Of a stretch of 64,000 nt of DNA, positions 18,301 to 28,705 are shown in pieces. Within the stretch, counting starts at the first letter, position 1. Each line of letters begins with the position of its first letter. The notes beneath the pieces were generated by a model. That model saw only the letters and a list, made by a program, of their open reading frames with translations. It was not told the origin of the DNA and did no database searches. Origin of the DNA: an uncultured delta proteobacterium (GTDB lineage: Bacteria; Desulfobacterota; Binatia; Binatales; Binataceae); NCBI GenBank assembly GCA_963808235.1, contig CAWEEQ010000004.1:256001-320000 (forward strand), in the 5' to 3' direction. The translations under genes and the position numbers were made by a program.

Positions 18301-21300
18301 ATGAGTTTCGTTCATCTTCACGTCCACACGCAGTACAGCCTGCTTGACGGCGCCAACAAAATCGGGCCGCTAATCGAACACGCGAAAGCCTCCGGCATGG
18401 AAGCTATCGCGATGACCGATCATGGCAACATGTTCGGCGCGGTCGAATTCTTTCAGAAGGCCACCGCCGCCGGGATCAAACCGATCATCGGATGCGAAGC
18501 CTACTTGGCGCCCGGCAAGCGCGGCGATCGCACTCAGATTCCGCGCAGCGACGACTTCGACGGCGGCGGCAATTTCCATCTGATCCTGCTCGCGCAAAAT
18601 CGTGAAGGTTACCGAAATCTGTGCCGCCTGCTCACCACCGCCTACCAGGATGGCCTCTACTACAAGCCGCGCATCGACAAGGAAATTCTCGCCGAGCTGT
18701 CCGGCGGATTGATCGTGCTCTCGGGATGCCTGTCCGGTGAGCTTGCGCGATGGCTCCGGCAGGATCGGATGGACAAGGCGCGCGAGACCGCCGAGTCGTA
18801 CGCGAAGATGTTTCCCGGCCGCTACTACCTGGAACTTCAGGACAACAAGCTGCACTCGCCGTACAACGAGGCGCTCCGCGAAATCGGCAAGCAGGTTGGC
18901 CTGCCGCTGGTCGCGACCAACGATTGCCACTACCTGCATCGCGACGACGCCAAGGCGCACGAAGTTCTGCTCTGTATCCAGACCGGCAAGACGATGGCCG
19001 ACGAGACGCGATGGCGTTTCGACACCGACGAGCTGTACGTGAAAACGCCCGACGAGATGGCCCAGGCGTTCGGCGCCGACTCGGAGGAATTGCGCAACAG
19101 CGTCGAGATCGCGCGTCGGGTCGATTTTGAATTCGAGTTCGGCAAGTTTCATTTCCCGCTTTACACCGTATCCGACAAAAACGGCGCCGAAATAAATCTC
19201 GAAGATGAAATGGAGCGTCGTGCGCGCGCGGGCCTCGAAGAGCGGCTTGCGGAAATCCGCGCCCGAGTAGGCGGCGGATTCGAACCGGCGCCATATTACG
19301 AGCGCCTCGATCGCGAGCTGCCGATAATCCGCGACATGGGATTCGCGGGCTACATGCTGATCGTGCAGGACTATATCAGTCACGCGCGCGGCAAGGGGAT
19401 TCCAGTCGGGCCAGGCCGCGGATCGGTGGTCGGCTCGCTGGTTTCGTATTCGCTCGGGATAACCGAGGTCGATCCGATCGAGCACAAGCTGATCTTCGAG
19501 CGATGGCTGAATCCCGGGCGCAAGTCGATGCCCGATATCGATTCCGACTTTTGCTACGAGCGCCGCGACGAGCTGCTGGACTACGTGCGCGAAAAGTACG
19601 GCGCCGATCGGGTCGCGCAGATAATCACGTTCGGGACGATCAAGGGCAAGCAGGCGATTCGCGACGTCGGCCGCGTGCTCGGACTCTCCTTTGCCGAGAC
19701 CGACAAGATCGTCAAGCTCTATCCCGCGCCCAAGCAGGGCCGCGATTTCCCGCTCGCCGACGCGCTCGAGATGGAGCCGCGGCTCAAGGCCGAGCGCAAA
19801 CTGCATCCTGAACTCTTCACCTACGCGTTCAAGCTCGAGGGTCTGCTCCGCCACGCCTCGCGCCATGCGGCGGGCGTCGTCATTTCAGATCAGCCGCTCA
19901 CCGACCTGGTGCCGCTCTACGTCGATAAGGAACGCGACGAAGCCGCGCTCGCGATCACGCAGTATTCGATGAAGGGCGTGGACGAGATTGGACTTATCAA
20001 GTTCGATTTTCTCGCGCTGAAGAACCTGACTCTGATCGCCGACACGCTTTCGCTGATCGCGGCCGACGGCAGGAATCCTCCCGACCTGAACCGGCTCAGG
20101 CTCGACGACGCCGATAGCTACAAGATGCTCTCGCGCGGCGACACCGTTGGCGTTTTCCAGATGGAAAGCTCAGGTATGCGCCGGTTTATCACCGAGCTCA
20201 AACCCTCGAACTTCGAGGATGTGATCAGCGCGATTTCGCTCTTCAGGCCCGGCCCGCTCGACGCGATCGAAGACGGCAAGACCATGGTCCAGCATTTCGT
20301 CGATCGCAAGCACGGCAAAGAACCCGTCGAATACGATCATCCGCTCCTGGAGCCAGTCTTAAGGGATACCTACGGCGTGATCGTTTACCAGGAGCAGGTG
20401 ATGCGCGCGGCGCAGGCGCTGGCCGGCTATTCGCTCCAGCAAGCGGATATCTTGCGCGCCGCTATGGGAAAAAAGAACAAGGCCGTCATGGAAAAGGAGC
20501 GCGAGCGCTTTATCGAGGGCGCCAAAAGCAACGGTCTCTCCGCGCCTCTCGCGACCTCGATCTTCGAAAAAATCGAAGCGTTCGCCTCGTACGGTTTCCC
20601 GCGCTCGCACGGCGCCGCCTACGCGCTCACTACTTATCGGACCGCATACCTGAAGGCTCACTATCCACTCGAGTTCATGGCGGCGCTGATGTCACTCGAC
20701 ATGGACGACGTGGACAAGACCTACAAAAATATCGCTGCGCTGCGCGACATGAAGATTGCCATCTTGCCGCCTGACGTGAACCAGAGCCGGGTCAAGTTTG
20801 CGGTTGCCGCCGATGCGATCCGTTTCGGCCTCGCCGCAATTCGCGGAGTCGGAAGCAAGCCGGCCGAGGCGATCATCGCGATGCGCGAGTCGGGCGGCCC
20901 ATTCGAGAACATGGCGGATTTCTGCCTGCGAGTGGGCACCCAACTCATCAGCCGCCGAGTGCTCGAAGCGCTGATCAAATGCGGTGCATTCGATTCGACC
21001 GGATCCACGCGCGCGAGTCTGATGGCCGAGGTCGAAAATGCGATCAGGATCGCGCAGAAAGCGCAGAGCGACGTCGAGAAAAACCAGATCGGACTATTCG
21101 GCGGCGCGGTCAAAGTTCCGCGCCTGCCGGCTCGCGATCCGCTTCCGGAATGGGACCCTCGCGAAAAACTGAAATTCGAAAAAGAAGCGCTCGGCTTTTA
21201 CGTCACCGCGCATCCGCTCGACAAATACGATCGCGAACTGGCGCGAATCAGCAAGCTCACGACCGCTGATTTGGCCGGCGCGCCCGACGGCAGCCAGGTG

Positions 21301-21789
21301 CAGATTGCAGGCGTTATTCACGCCGTCAAGCTCAAGAACAACAAGTCGGGCAAACGCTACGCGACGTTTTCGCTCGAGGATCGCCAGGGCGCGGTCGAAG
21401 CGATCGCATGGTCAGAGACCTACCAGAAGTTTGAAGCGATCATCATGGGCGACGAGCCGGTGGTCGCGCGCGGCAAGCTCGACGTTGACGATGAGCGCGC
21501 ACAGATAATCCTCGAAGGGCTGACGCCGCTCGATTCCGCGCTCCTCGATTCAGTGCGCGAAGTCCGCATCACAGCCCCGATGAGCCGGCTGGAAAACGGC
21601 GGCCTCGACGCGCTCAAGTCGATGCTCGCGCGCTACCGCGGCAAATCAATGACCTACCTGCACGTAGGCTTCGAAGACGGCCGCGAAGCCGTAATGCTTT
21701 TAGGCGACACCTACCGCGTAACCCCCACCGATTCTTTCATCGCAGAACTGGAACAACTCCTCCCCCCCGGCTCCGTCGAATTGCGCTAG
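18301..21789 (+). CDS. dnaE: DNA polymerase III alpha subunit
   Basis: FVHLHVHTQYSLLDG PHP domain, GPGRGS, PDIDSDF, C-terminal OB fold. Confidence 0.97.
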   Translation: MSFVHLHVHTQYSLLDGANKIGPLIEHAKASGMEAIAMTDHGNMFGAVEFFQKATAAGIKPIIGCEAYLAPGKRGDRTQIPRSDDFDGGGNFHLILLAQNREGYRNLCRLLTTAYQDGLYYKPRIDKEILAELSGGLIVLSGCLSGELARWLRQDRMDKARETAESYAKMFPGRYYLELQDNKLHSPYNEALREIGKQVGLPLVATNDCHYLHRDDAKAHEVLLCIQTGKTMADETRWRFDTDELYVKTPDEMAQAFGADSEELRNSVEIARRVDFEFEFGKFHFPLYTVSDKNGAEINLEDEMERRARAGLEERLAEIRARVGGGFEPAPYYERLDRELPIIRDMGFAGYMLIVQDYISHARGKGIPVGPGRGSVVGSLVSYSLGITEVDPIEHKLIFERWLNPGRKSMPDIDSDFCYERRDELLDYVREKYGADRVAQIITFGTIKGKQAIRDVGRVLGLSFAETDKIVKLYPAPKQGRDFPLADALEMEPRLKAERKLHPELFTYAFKLEGLLRHASRHAAGVVISDQPLTDLVPLYVDKERDEAALAITQYSMKGVDEIGLIKFDFLALKNLTLIADTLSLIAADGRNPPDLNRLRLDDADSYKMLSRGDTVGVFQMESSGMRRFITELKPSNFEDVISAISLFRPGPLDAIEDGKTMVQHFVDRKHGKEPVEYDHPLLEPVLRDTYGVIVYQEQVMRAAQALAGYSLQQADILRAAMGKKNKAVMEKERERFIEGAKSNGLSAPLATSIFEKIEAFASYGFPRSHGAAYALTTYRTAYLKAHYPLEFMAALMSLDMDDVDKTYKNIAALRDMKIAILPPDVNQSRVKFAVAADAIRFGLAAIRGVGSKPAEAIIAMRESGGPFENMADFCLRVGTQLISRRVLEALIKCGAFDSTGSTRASLMAEVENAIRIAQKAQSDVEKNQIGLFGGAVKVPRLPARDPLPEWDPREKLKFEKEALGFYVTAHPLDKYDRELARISKLTTADLAGAPDGSQVQIAGVIHAVKLKNNKSGKRYATFSLEDRQGAVEAIAWSETYQKFEAIIMGDEPVVARGKLDVDDERAQIILEGLTPLDSALLDSVREVRITAPMSRLENGGLDALKSMLARYRGKSMTYLHVGFEDGREAVMLLGDTYRVTPTDSFIAELEQLLPPGSVELR

Positions 21790-21854
21790 CGTCGCTCCGA
21801 TCGGACTTATCTGATACTCTCAAAACTTGAGCGCTTTGCGCTCGAGGTAAGAAT

Positions 21855-23144
21855 CTGACGAAATCGTACGACGTTTCCAACGAACATCATGAGAGCGCCG
21901 TCCTGGTCGGTATCGAGCTCGGCACCGATCAAGGAATCGGCTCCGAAGAATCGCTCGACGAGCTCAAAGCACTGACCGAGAGCGCCGGCGCCGAAGTCGC
22001 CGGAGTCGTTCGCCAGCGCCTTAAAGCTCCCGACCCGCGCACCTTTATCGGCAAAGGCAAGACTGCGGAGGTCCGCGAGCTCGCGCAATCGAAGGGCGCA
22101 TCACTGGCGATCTTCGACGACGCGCTCACTCCCGCGCAGGCGCGCAATCTCGAAAATGAGCTCAAGATCCGCGTGATCGATCGCAGCCAGCTGATTCTCG
22201 ATATTTTCGCGCAGCGCGCGCACACGCTCGAGGGCAAACTCCAGGTCGAGATCGCGCAACTGAGTTATCTGCAACCGCGGCTGACCCGCCAATGGTCGCA
22301 TCTTTCGCGCGTTCGCGGCGGCGGCGCAGGAGGCGGTGGAGTCGGAACGCGCGGACCCGGAGAAACGCAGCTCGAAGTCGATCGGCGCCGGTTGCGCGAG
22401 CGGCTCACCCGCCTGAAGGCGCGCCTCGGCGAGGTCGAACGCACGCGGACGATCCAGCGCCAGCGCCGTCTCGAAGTTCCTTATCCGACTGTCGCGCTGG
22501 TCGGCTATACCAACTCCGGCAAATCAACGTTGATGAACGCGCTCACCGACGCACACGTCGAGACCGCGAATCGTCCGTTCTCGACTCTCGATCCGACGAT
22601 TCGACGCCTCAAGCTGCCCGGCAAGATGAACGTGATGCTGGTCGACACGGTCGGATTCATCCATCGCCTGCCGCATATGCTGATCGAGGCGTTCAAGGCG
22701 ACGCTCGAAGAGGTGCGGACCGCGACGATGCTGCTCCATGTCGTCGACGCGAGCTCTCGGCTGGCCTCCGAGCGGATGACGATAGTCGATGAAGTCCTGA
22801 ATGAAATCGGCGCGGGCACGGCGCCGCGGCTGGTCGTCATGAACAAGGCCGACCTGCTCGAAAATCCGCTGCGTGGAAACGGCGCGCACGACACGGTCTC
22901 TATTTCGGCGCTAAAGGGCAGGGGCCTCGGCGAACTGCTCGACGCGATCGCGCGCCATTTCGGCGGCTCGCGCGAGGAAGTATCGGTCACGCTGCCGGCC
23001 GGACGTGGAGACCTGGTCGCAATGGCGCGAAGGGATGGAGAAGTGCTAAGCGAAGAGTACAGCGACGGGGTGGTTTCGATGCGGGCTCGCGTGAGTGCGC
23101 CGGTAGCAGGAAGATTGCGCAAGGCCGCGAATGATCGAGCCTAA
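21855..23144 (+). CDS. hflX: Ribosome-splitting GTPase HflX (probable CTG start)
   Basis: The frame is open from stop 21828-30 and encodes SLDELKALTESAG...FIGKGK...QARNLE before the track's GTG 22173; GPGETQLEVDRR, GYTNSGKST, DTVG, NKAD. Confidence 0.93.
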   Translation: MTKSYDVSNEHHESAVLVGIELGTDQGIGSEESLDELKALTESAGAEVAGVVRQRLKAPDPRTFIGKGKTAEVRELAQSKGASLAIFDDALTPAQARNLENELKIRVIDRSQLILDIFAQRAHTLEGKLQVEIAQLSYLQPRLTRQWSHLSRVRGGGAGGGGVGTRGPGETQLEVDRRRLRERLTRLKARLGEVERTRTIQRQRRLEVPYPTVALVGYTNSGKSTLMNALTDAHVETANRPFSTLDPTIRRLKLPGKMNVMLVDTVGFIHRLPHMLIEAFKATLEEVRTATMLLHVVDASSRLASERMTIVDEVLNEIGAGTAPRLVVMNKADLLENPLRGNGAHDTVSISALKGRGLGELLDAIARHFGGSREEVSVTLPAGRGDLVAMARRDGEVLSEEYSDGVVSMRARVSAPVAGRLRKAANDRA

Positions 23145-23784
23145 CCGTTTGCAACGATCCACGATGGCAGCGCCGTCACACAACACGATTCATGCGGTTC
23201 CCAACAAACCGCCGGCGCCGTCGTACGGCCATCTGCTCAATCTGCCCAACTTTCTGACTCTATGCCGGCTCGGCTCGATACCGATTTTCCTGACCTTTCT
23301 GACCCGCCAGCGCTACACCGAAGCGCTGTATGTATTCGCAGCCGCCGCGATAACCGACGGACTCGACGGCACGGTCGCCCGATGGTTCGACTCGCGCACC
23401 GAACTCGGCGCTTTTCTCGATCCCTTCGCCGACAAATTGATGCTGGTGTCCGCGTTTGTGGTTCTGACCATTGACGGCGAACTGCCCGGCTATCTCCTGA
23501 GCGTGGTCGCGATCCGCGATATCGTGATCGTCGTCGGCTACCTGATGATCTCTTTTTTCACCGGAGAGCGCGTGCCGGTTCGTCCGAGCTACCTGGGCAA
23601 GTCAAGCACCGTCTTGCAGCTCGCGTGCGTAATCGCGGTGCTGGCAAGAGCGGGTAACTACTGGCCGAGTTATTTCAGCGCGCTCCTTATCGTGACGGTG
23701 GCCGTCACCGCCTTGTCGTTCGTGCATTACATGTATCGAGGCCTGGTCTGGCTGCGATCGCGCGAGCCCGGGATGTTCGCGTAG
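23131..23784 (+). CDS. CDP-alcohol phosphatidyltransferase (PgsA/cardiolipin synthase-like)
   Basis: NLPNFLTLCR, TDGLDGTVAR, GAFLDPFADK; start 23131 or 23164. Confidence 0.9.
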   Translation: MIEPNRLQRSTMAAPSHNTIHAVPNKPPAPSYGHLLNLPNFLTLCRLGSIPIFLTFLTRQRYTEALYVFAAAAITDGLDGTVARWFDSRTELGAFLDPFADKLMLVSAFVVLTIDGELPGYLLSVVAIRDIVIVVGYLMISFFTGERVPVRPSYLGKSSTVLQLACVIAVLARAGNYWPSYFSALLIVTVAVTALSFVHYMYRGLVWLRSREPGMFA

Positions 23785-23827
23785 TCGGGCGCCGACGCAC
23801 AATCCCTGGTAGACGATCAATCCCTGC

Positions 23828-25000
23828 CTAGACGATCACTTTGGCGGCGCGCAATTCCTCGACCTGCGTGCGCTCGATTCCGGCCTCGCGCAAGATCTCG
23901 TCTGTATGCTCGCCGAGCTTTGGCGGGACTCGCCACATTTTCATCGGTGTTTCGGTGAACCTGGCGCCGGGATTCACGGTCCGCACCGTGCCCGCACTTG
24001 GATGCTCATAGACCGAGAAGCTCTCGTTCTCGACGATCTCGGGATCTTCCAACAGCGTCTCGTAGTTATGGACGGGACCGCATGGAACGTCGGCCTTCTC
24101 GATGATCTCGAGCCATTCGCGGGTATCTTTTTCAAGAAATAGTTTCGCCAGGCCTCGCATGAAATTGCGTCCACGCTCGGCGCGATCGGTGGTCTCCGGA
24201 AAGAATTCAGGATGCCCAACCGCCTCGGCGAGCCGCTTCGACTGCTGGTCGGTGAACGGCGCGATGGTCAGCCATCCGTCCCTGGTCTTGAAAGGATCGA
24301 GGGTCGTGCTCTTGGGCGCCAGATGCTTGAACTCGTTCTCGGGGAGCAGCGTGTAGCCGTAGATCGAGTCATTGGCCGTGAATGCCATCATCGCTTCCAG
24401 CATCGGTACCTTGATGTACTGGCCGACGCCGCGGGCACGGGCCGCATGCAGTGCGCTAACTACCGCCAATGCCGCCGTCATGCCGCTGACTTTGTCGGCC
24501 AACGCCATTTTGACCGCGGTCGGCTGCCCGGCCTTGAGTCCCTGCACGTAAGCCATCCCCGAGTAACCCTGGATAACCGGGTCGTAGGCGGGGAAATTCG
24601 CATAACGACCCTTGGGCGGAAATCCACAGATCGAGCAGTAAACAATTTTGGGATTGGCGCGGCGGATATCGGAGTAGCCGATTCCGAGCCGCTCGGCGAC
24701 GCCCGGGCGATTGTTCTCGACCAGCGCGTCGGCCTTGACGGCGAGGCGGCGGACCAAATCGCGGCCATGCTCTTTCTTGATATCGATCACGATACTGCGT
24801 TTGTTGCGGTTGAAGTTGAGGAACGCGGCCGTGAGCCCGCCGCGTTGCGGGCCGACATTGCGGCGCATCGAATCACCCTCGGGCGGTTCGATCTTGACCA
24901 CGTCGGCGCCAAGGTCGCCGAGCAGTTGTGTGCAAAACGGCCCCGAAATGACGGCGGTCAGATCAAGAATTCGAAAACCCAAAAGAGGTCCATCAGCCAT
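23828..25000 (-). CDS. CoA transferase family III (CaiB/BaiF)
   Basis: GPFCTQLLGDLGADVVKIEPP, NRNKRS, PPKLGEHT. Confidence 0.93.
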   Translation of the reverse strand: MADGPLLGFRILDLTAVISGPFCTQLLGDLGADVVKIEPPEGDSMRRNVGPQRGGLTAAFLNFNRNKRSIVIDIKKEHGRDLVRRLAVKADALVENNRPGVAERLGIGYSDIRRANPKIVYCSICGFPPKGRYANFPAYDPVIQGYSGMAYVQGLKAGQPTAVKMALADKVSGMTAALAVVSALHAARARGVGQYIKVPMLEAMMAFTANDSIYGYTLLPENEFKHLAPKSTTLDPFKTRDGWLTIAPFTDQQSKRLAEAVGHPEFFPETTDRAERGRNFMRGLAKLFLEKDTREWLEIIEKADVPCGPVHNYETLLEDPEIVENESFSVYEHPSAGTVRTVNPGARFTETPMKMWRVPPKLGEHTDEILREAGIERTQVEELRAAKVIV

Positions 25001-25127
25001 ATGAACATTCCCACCAACGCGAGGCTCGGTCGCAAGAGATAATAGCCGCGTTGGCGCGCAGAGTCACGGCGCGCACAGCCCAATGCGGTCTTGATCGGCT
25101 ATCGAACTGAATCTCGATTTCGTGCGA

Positions 25128-25979
25128 TCAGTTCGCGGGGGGCTTCGGAACGCTGGTGCCGAAGGCAACCTTCAAATCGTCGTTGAACGGATAGACGTGA
25201 GTCATCCATCCGAATGCCTGCGGAATAAAATGGCCGCCGGCGGCTTCGCAGTCCGGAGCGGTGGCTATCTTACCGGTGAATCCGAAACGGCCGTCGGCCA
25301 GAAAACCCAGCCGCTTGTTGATATCCGGCGCCTGCGGACTTGCACCTACCGGCATCATGCCGGGCATATCGGTATGCGCCTCCCCAATATCGCCGCGGAG
25401 CAGATCGTTCAGCGAGATTCCCTTGGGCAGACAAATGTTGGTATGCGCATGCCAGCGCGCGACGCTTAGCGGAATGAGCGCGTCGAGCTGCGCCGGCGTG
25501 GAATCGGGAGGAGCGCTGTACATCGCGCCGACCAACACATAATCGCCTTTCGAATTTTTCACATAGAGAAGCGATCCGGGATTGGAAGGATTGAAGTTGC
25601 CCGCGTATTCCTGCGTGGCGGCCCGATAGTCGGTGAAATGGTAGACCTCTTGAGGAATTGTCGGGAGAAAGATCCGATAGCCCTGATCGAGTGCGAGCTG
25701 GGAATCGCGATAGTCGGCCAGCACCTTGCGCAGCGTATTGAGTATCTCGTGCGCGCGCTCGATGTCGGCGGGTGTCGCGGGACGCGACTCCGTCATCACC
25801 ATGTGTGCGTCCATCCCCATGTGCGAGCCCATCGCATTCGGTGCGGACGACATATCGTGGCCGTCCATATTGCCCATATCGGCCATGTCGTGCGCAAAAG
25901 CGGGCGCGACGGCTCCGACCAACATCGTCGCGATCGCAATCGTCGCAGCTATCCGTCTGAGCTTATTCATACGCTTCAT
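25128..25979 (-). CDS. Secreted Met/His-rich hypothetical protein
   Basis: Signal peptide ending AFA; HDMADMGNMDGHDM..HMGMDAHM segment; WHAH motif; ATGA overlap with the nitrilase-family gene. Confidence 0.7.
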   Translation of the reverse strand: MKRMNKLRRIAATIAIATMLVGAVAPAFAHDMADMGNMDGHDMSSAPNAMGSHMGMDAHMVMTESRPATPADIERAHEILNTLRKVLADYRDSQLALDQGYRIFLPTIPQEVYHFTDYRAATQEYAGNFNPSNPGSLLYVKNSKGDYVLVGAMYSAPPDSTPAQLDALIPLSVARWHAHTNICLPKGISLNDLLRGDIGEAHTDMPGMMPVGASPQAPDINKRLGFLADGRFGFTGKIATAPDCEAAGGHFIPQAFGWMTHVYPFNDDLKVAFGTSVPKPPAN

Positions 25980-26782
25980 CGCAACCTCGCGTGTTTCAAT
26001 GCCGGTAATTCGCTCCGCACCCGGTCCTGGTACTCGAGATCGATCGGCGCTACCACTACGCCTTCCTGATCGGCTGCGCGCGCCAGTACGCGTCCCCATG
26101 GATCGACGATCATCGAATTTCCGTAGTCACTGTAACCATAAAGATTGGGGCCGAACTGCGCGGGTGCGATCACGTAGGCCTGGTTTTCAATCGCCCGGGC
26201 GCGCACCAGCACTTCCCAATGCGCTTCGCCGGTTGGAAAGGTGAACGCGCTCGGCACCATGATTAACCGGGCGCCGGCGAAGGCGAGACGCCGGTATAGT
26301 TCCGGAAAGCGCAAGTCGTAGCAGACGCTGAGTCCGATCGCACCGAGCGGAGTCTCGGCGCAGACCGTGTCGGCGCCGGCGAGCTTGGAATCCGATTCGC
26401 GCACCGTCACGCGGCCGGGAAGATCGACGTCGAAGAGATGAATCTTGCGATAGACGGCGATTCGCCCGCCGTCGGGACCGAGCAGCACCGAGGTGTTGTA
26501 AGATCGCGCAGAATCGTCGGCACGCTCGGTGATCGATCCGGCTACGATATGAATCTTGAGTTCGCGCGCGAGGCGCGACATCAAGCCGAGCGATTCGCCG
26601 TCGAGCGTTTCTGCCGCCGCCGCTTGCTCAACTCGCTTTCCGCGCCAATTGAAGACCTCGGGCAGCGCGACCAGGTTTGCGCCGCGCGCCGCGCCGACTC
26701 GCACCAGCCGCTCCGCGCGCTGCAGGTTCGCCGCTTTGTCGGCGCCGGCGGTCATTTGGATTGCTGCTGCCAGGTAGGTCAT
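25976..26782 (-). CDS. Carbon-nitrogen hydrolase (Nit1-like, deaminated glutathione amidase family)
   Basis: LPE, YRKIHLFDV, CYDLRFPE, AFTFPTGEAHWEVLVRARAIE. Confidence 0.9.
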   Translation of the reverse strand: MTYLAAAIQMTAGADKAANLQRAERLVRVGAARGANLVALPEVFNWRGKRVEQAAAAETLDGESLGLMSRLARELKIHIVAGSITERADDSARSYNTSVLLGPDGGRIAVYRKIHLFDVDLPGRVTVRESDSKLAGADTVCAETPLGAIGLSVCYDLRFPELYRRLAFAGARLIMVPSAFTFPTGEAHWEVLVRARAIENQAYVIAPAQFGPNLYGYSDYGNSMIVDPWGRVLARAADQEGVVVAPIDLEYQDRVRSELPALKHARLR

Positions 26783-26824
26783 AGCAGGGTTCCCGTCCCG
26801 CATTATGACGCTTTCGATTACGCG

Positions 26825-27151
26825 TTAGTAGCGCGGAGTCGACGGGTCGGCGCTCTCAGACCATGCGTCGATTCCACCCGCCAGGTTGAGTACGCGCTCG
26901 AATCCCATCCGCGTAAGATACATCGCGACTTGCGCGCTGCGGATTCCATGATGGCATACGACGACAGTCTCCCGGTCAGGGTCGAGTTCGGTCAACCGCG
27001 ATGGGATATCGCCCATCGGGATGTGAGTCGCGCCGGGAAAGGGTGCGATCGCGATTTCGCCTGGCTCGCGAACGTCGAGGATGAAGACACTCTCGCCGCG
27101 ATCGATGCGCGCCTTGAGCGCCGCCGGGTCTATGCTTCCGATCTCGGACAA
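26825..27151 (-). CDS. Single-domain rhodanese
   Basis: LDVREP, CHHGIRS active loop, LAGGIDAW. Confidence 0.9.
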   Translation of the reverse strand: MSEIGSIDPAALKARIDRGESVFILDVREPGEIAIAPFPGATHIPMGDIPSRLTELDPDRETVVVCHHGIRSAQVAMYLTRMGFERVLNLAGGIDAWSESADPSTPRY

Positions 27152-27182
27152 TCGAGCATCAGGTGGCTAACTTGTTAACGGG

Positions 27183-27722
27183 CTAACGCGCGCTCGCGTC
27201 GCGCTCTGGTTTCATTTCGGTGGAAAACAATTCGACCTTTGAGAAACTGGGCAGCTCGATGCAGGAGACCGAAAATGCGAACGTATCACTCTGGCCCGGC
27301 TGGAGCGCGTCGAAATGGGGCTTTTCGTTCAGGATGCGCTGCGTGTTTTCGTCGTCCGACATACTTTCAGCTTTGTGATTGAACAGACTCTCGGCGTGCA
27401 GAACCTTGCCCTTACTATCTTCGAACGCGAAATTGAGACGCACGTAGTCGATTGGCCTCGGGCTGACGTTGGTGATCTTTCCAGCGACCACGAGATTCGC
27501 AGGCATGCAGCACGAATACATAATCTGATCGGTCGTGATGTTGATCTTCAGATCGTCGTTCCTTACGACTTGTGTCCTGGGATGATCGTAGCGCTTATGC
27601 ATGTCCGCTGCCTGGAGCGCCTTCTCACCGTCTTTCATCTCGACGCGAGTGCCGGCGAATGAGATGCTGGCTGCCGCGCCAAACGCAAGGAAAGTCGCGA
27701 TCACAATTCGCTTTTTCATCAC
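27183..27722 (-). CDS. Secreted FxLYD/DUF3426-like Ig-fold protein
   Basis: Signal peptide; G.ITN....DYV...F.DSKG..L and LQPGQ..TF pattern. Confidence 0.55.
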   Translation of the reverse strand: MMKKRIVIATFLAFGAAASISFAGTRVEMKDGEKALQAADMHKRYDHPRTQVVRNDDLKINITTDQIMYSCCMPANLVVAGKITNVSPRPIDYVRLNFAFEDSKGKVLHAESLFNHKAESMSDDENTQRILNEKPHFDALQPGQSDTFAFSVSCIELPSFSKVELFSTEMKPERDASAR

Positions 27723-27821
27723 AGTGTTCCCCGAGCTTTGATCTTGGTGCGGGTATCCTTGAATGTCAATCTATTATCCTCCGGGCGACGTCAATCGTTT
27801 AAACGCCGGGTTGCCACTGCG

Positions 27822-28286
27822 ATGACTACCGATCAAGACCGGCAGTTCATGACAGCGGCACTGGCCGAAGCCCGGCGCGCGGAAGCGGAGGGCGAAGTTC
27901 CGGTCGGAGCAATCGCTGTGGCCGCAGGGCAGATCGTCGGATCGGGGCATAACCGGCCGATCGGGCTTGGCGATCCGACCGCGCACGCCGAGATTCTGGC
28001 GATCAGATCGGCTGCATCCCGGCTCGAGACATATCGGCTCGCCGAGGTTTCGATCTACGTCACGCTCGAGCCGTGCGTGATGTGCGTGGGTGCGATGATA
28101 ACCGCGCGAATCAGTCGGGTCGTCTACGGCGCGCGGGACGAAAAGGCGGGCGCGCTCGGTTCCGTGTATGATATTGGCCGCGACGGACGCTTGAACCATC
28201 GATTCGAGGTCGTCGGTGGCGTGATGGAACCGGAGTGCGCCAACCTCATGCGCGAGTTCTTTCGCGCGCGCCGAGCTTGGCGATAA
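27822..28286 (+). CDS. tadA: tRNA adenosine(34) deaminase
   Basis: GEVPVGA, DPTAHAE, TLEPCVMC. Confidence 0.93.
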   Translation: MTTDQDRQFMTAALAEARRAEAEGEVPVGAIAVAAGQIVGSGHNRPIGLGDPTAHAEILAIRSAASRLETYRLAEVSIYVTLEPCVMCVGAMITARISRVVYGARDEKAGALGSVYDIGRDGRLNHRFEVVGGVMEPECANLMREFFRARRAWR

Positions 28287-28300
28287 CGCGAAAAGGGGCG

Positions 28301-28648
28301 ATGGGCAATTTCAGATTCTATCGGCGCGTTTCGATCTTCCCGGGGCTATCGGTCAACGTGTCGAAATCAGGTCCCAGCCTCACCTTCGGAATGCGCGGCG
28401 CGCACGTCACGGTCGGCCGCACGGGAGTTCGCAAGACGGTCGGAATTCCCGGCACCGGGATCTACTATACTTCACACAGCGGATATCATTCGGGAGCGCA
28501 CTCCGCTCACGTCGAGGATCCGATTTCCGATTCTAAGCAGAGCACGGCCCATGGGATCGCGCAGTTGATCGTCGTGATTTGTATCGTCGGAGCAATCGCG
28601 CTCGCGATCGCTCTGGCCGGCTCAATTGCTGGCCGTCCAGGCACGTAA
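28301..28648 (+). CDS. DUF4236-domain membrane protein
   Basis: FRFYRRV..FPG..VNVSKSG...VGIPGTGIYY; C-terminal TM. Confidence 0.8.
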   Translation: MGNFRFYRRVSIFPGLSVNVSKSGPSLTFGMRGAHVTVGRTGVRKTVGIPGTGIYYTSHSGYHSGAHSAHVEDPISDSKQSTAHGIAQLIVVICIVGAIALAIALAGSIAGRPGT

Positions 28649-28705
28649 CACCAACAGCGCTTGCTCGCTTCGTTCGAAGGTCGAACACATGTTAGGTTCA
28701 TAGGG

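Noticed and set aside
25976-26782. Nitrilase-family gene as the missing amidase partner of the nitrile hydratase
   Set aside because: Its motifs match the housekeeping Nit1 branch and it lies about 16 kb away.
28681-28696. TCGAACACATGTTAGG resembling a Gram-positive-type LexA box
   Set aside because: The right half-site is degenerate and the downstream amidohydrolase is not an SOS-type gene.
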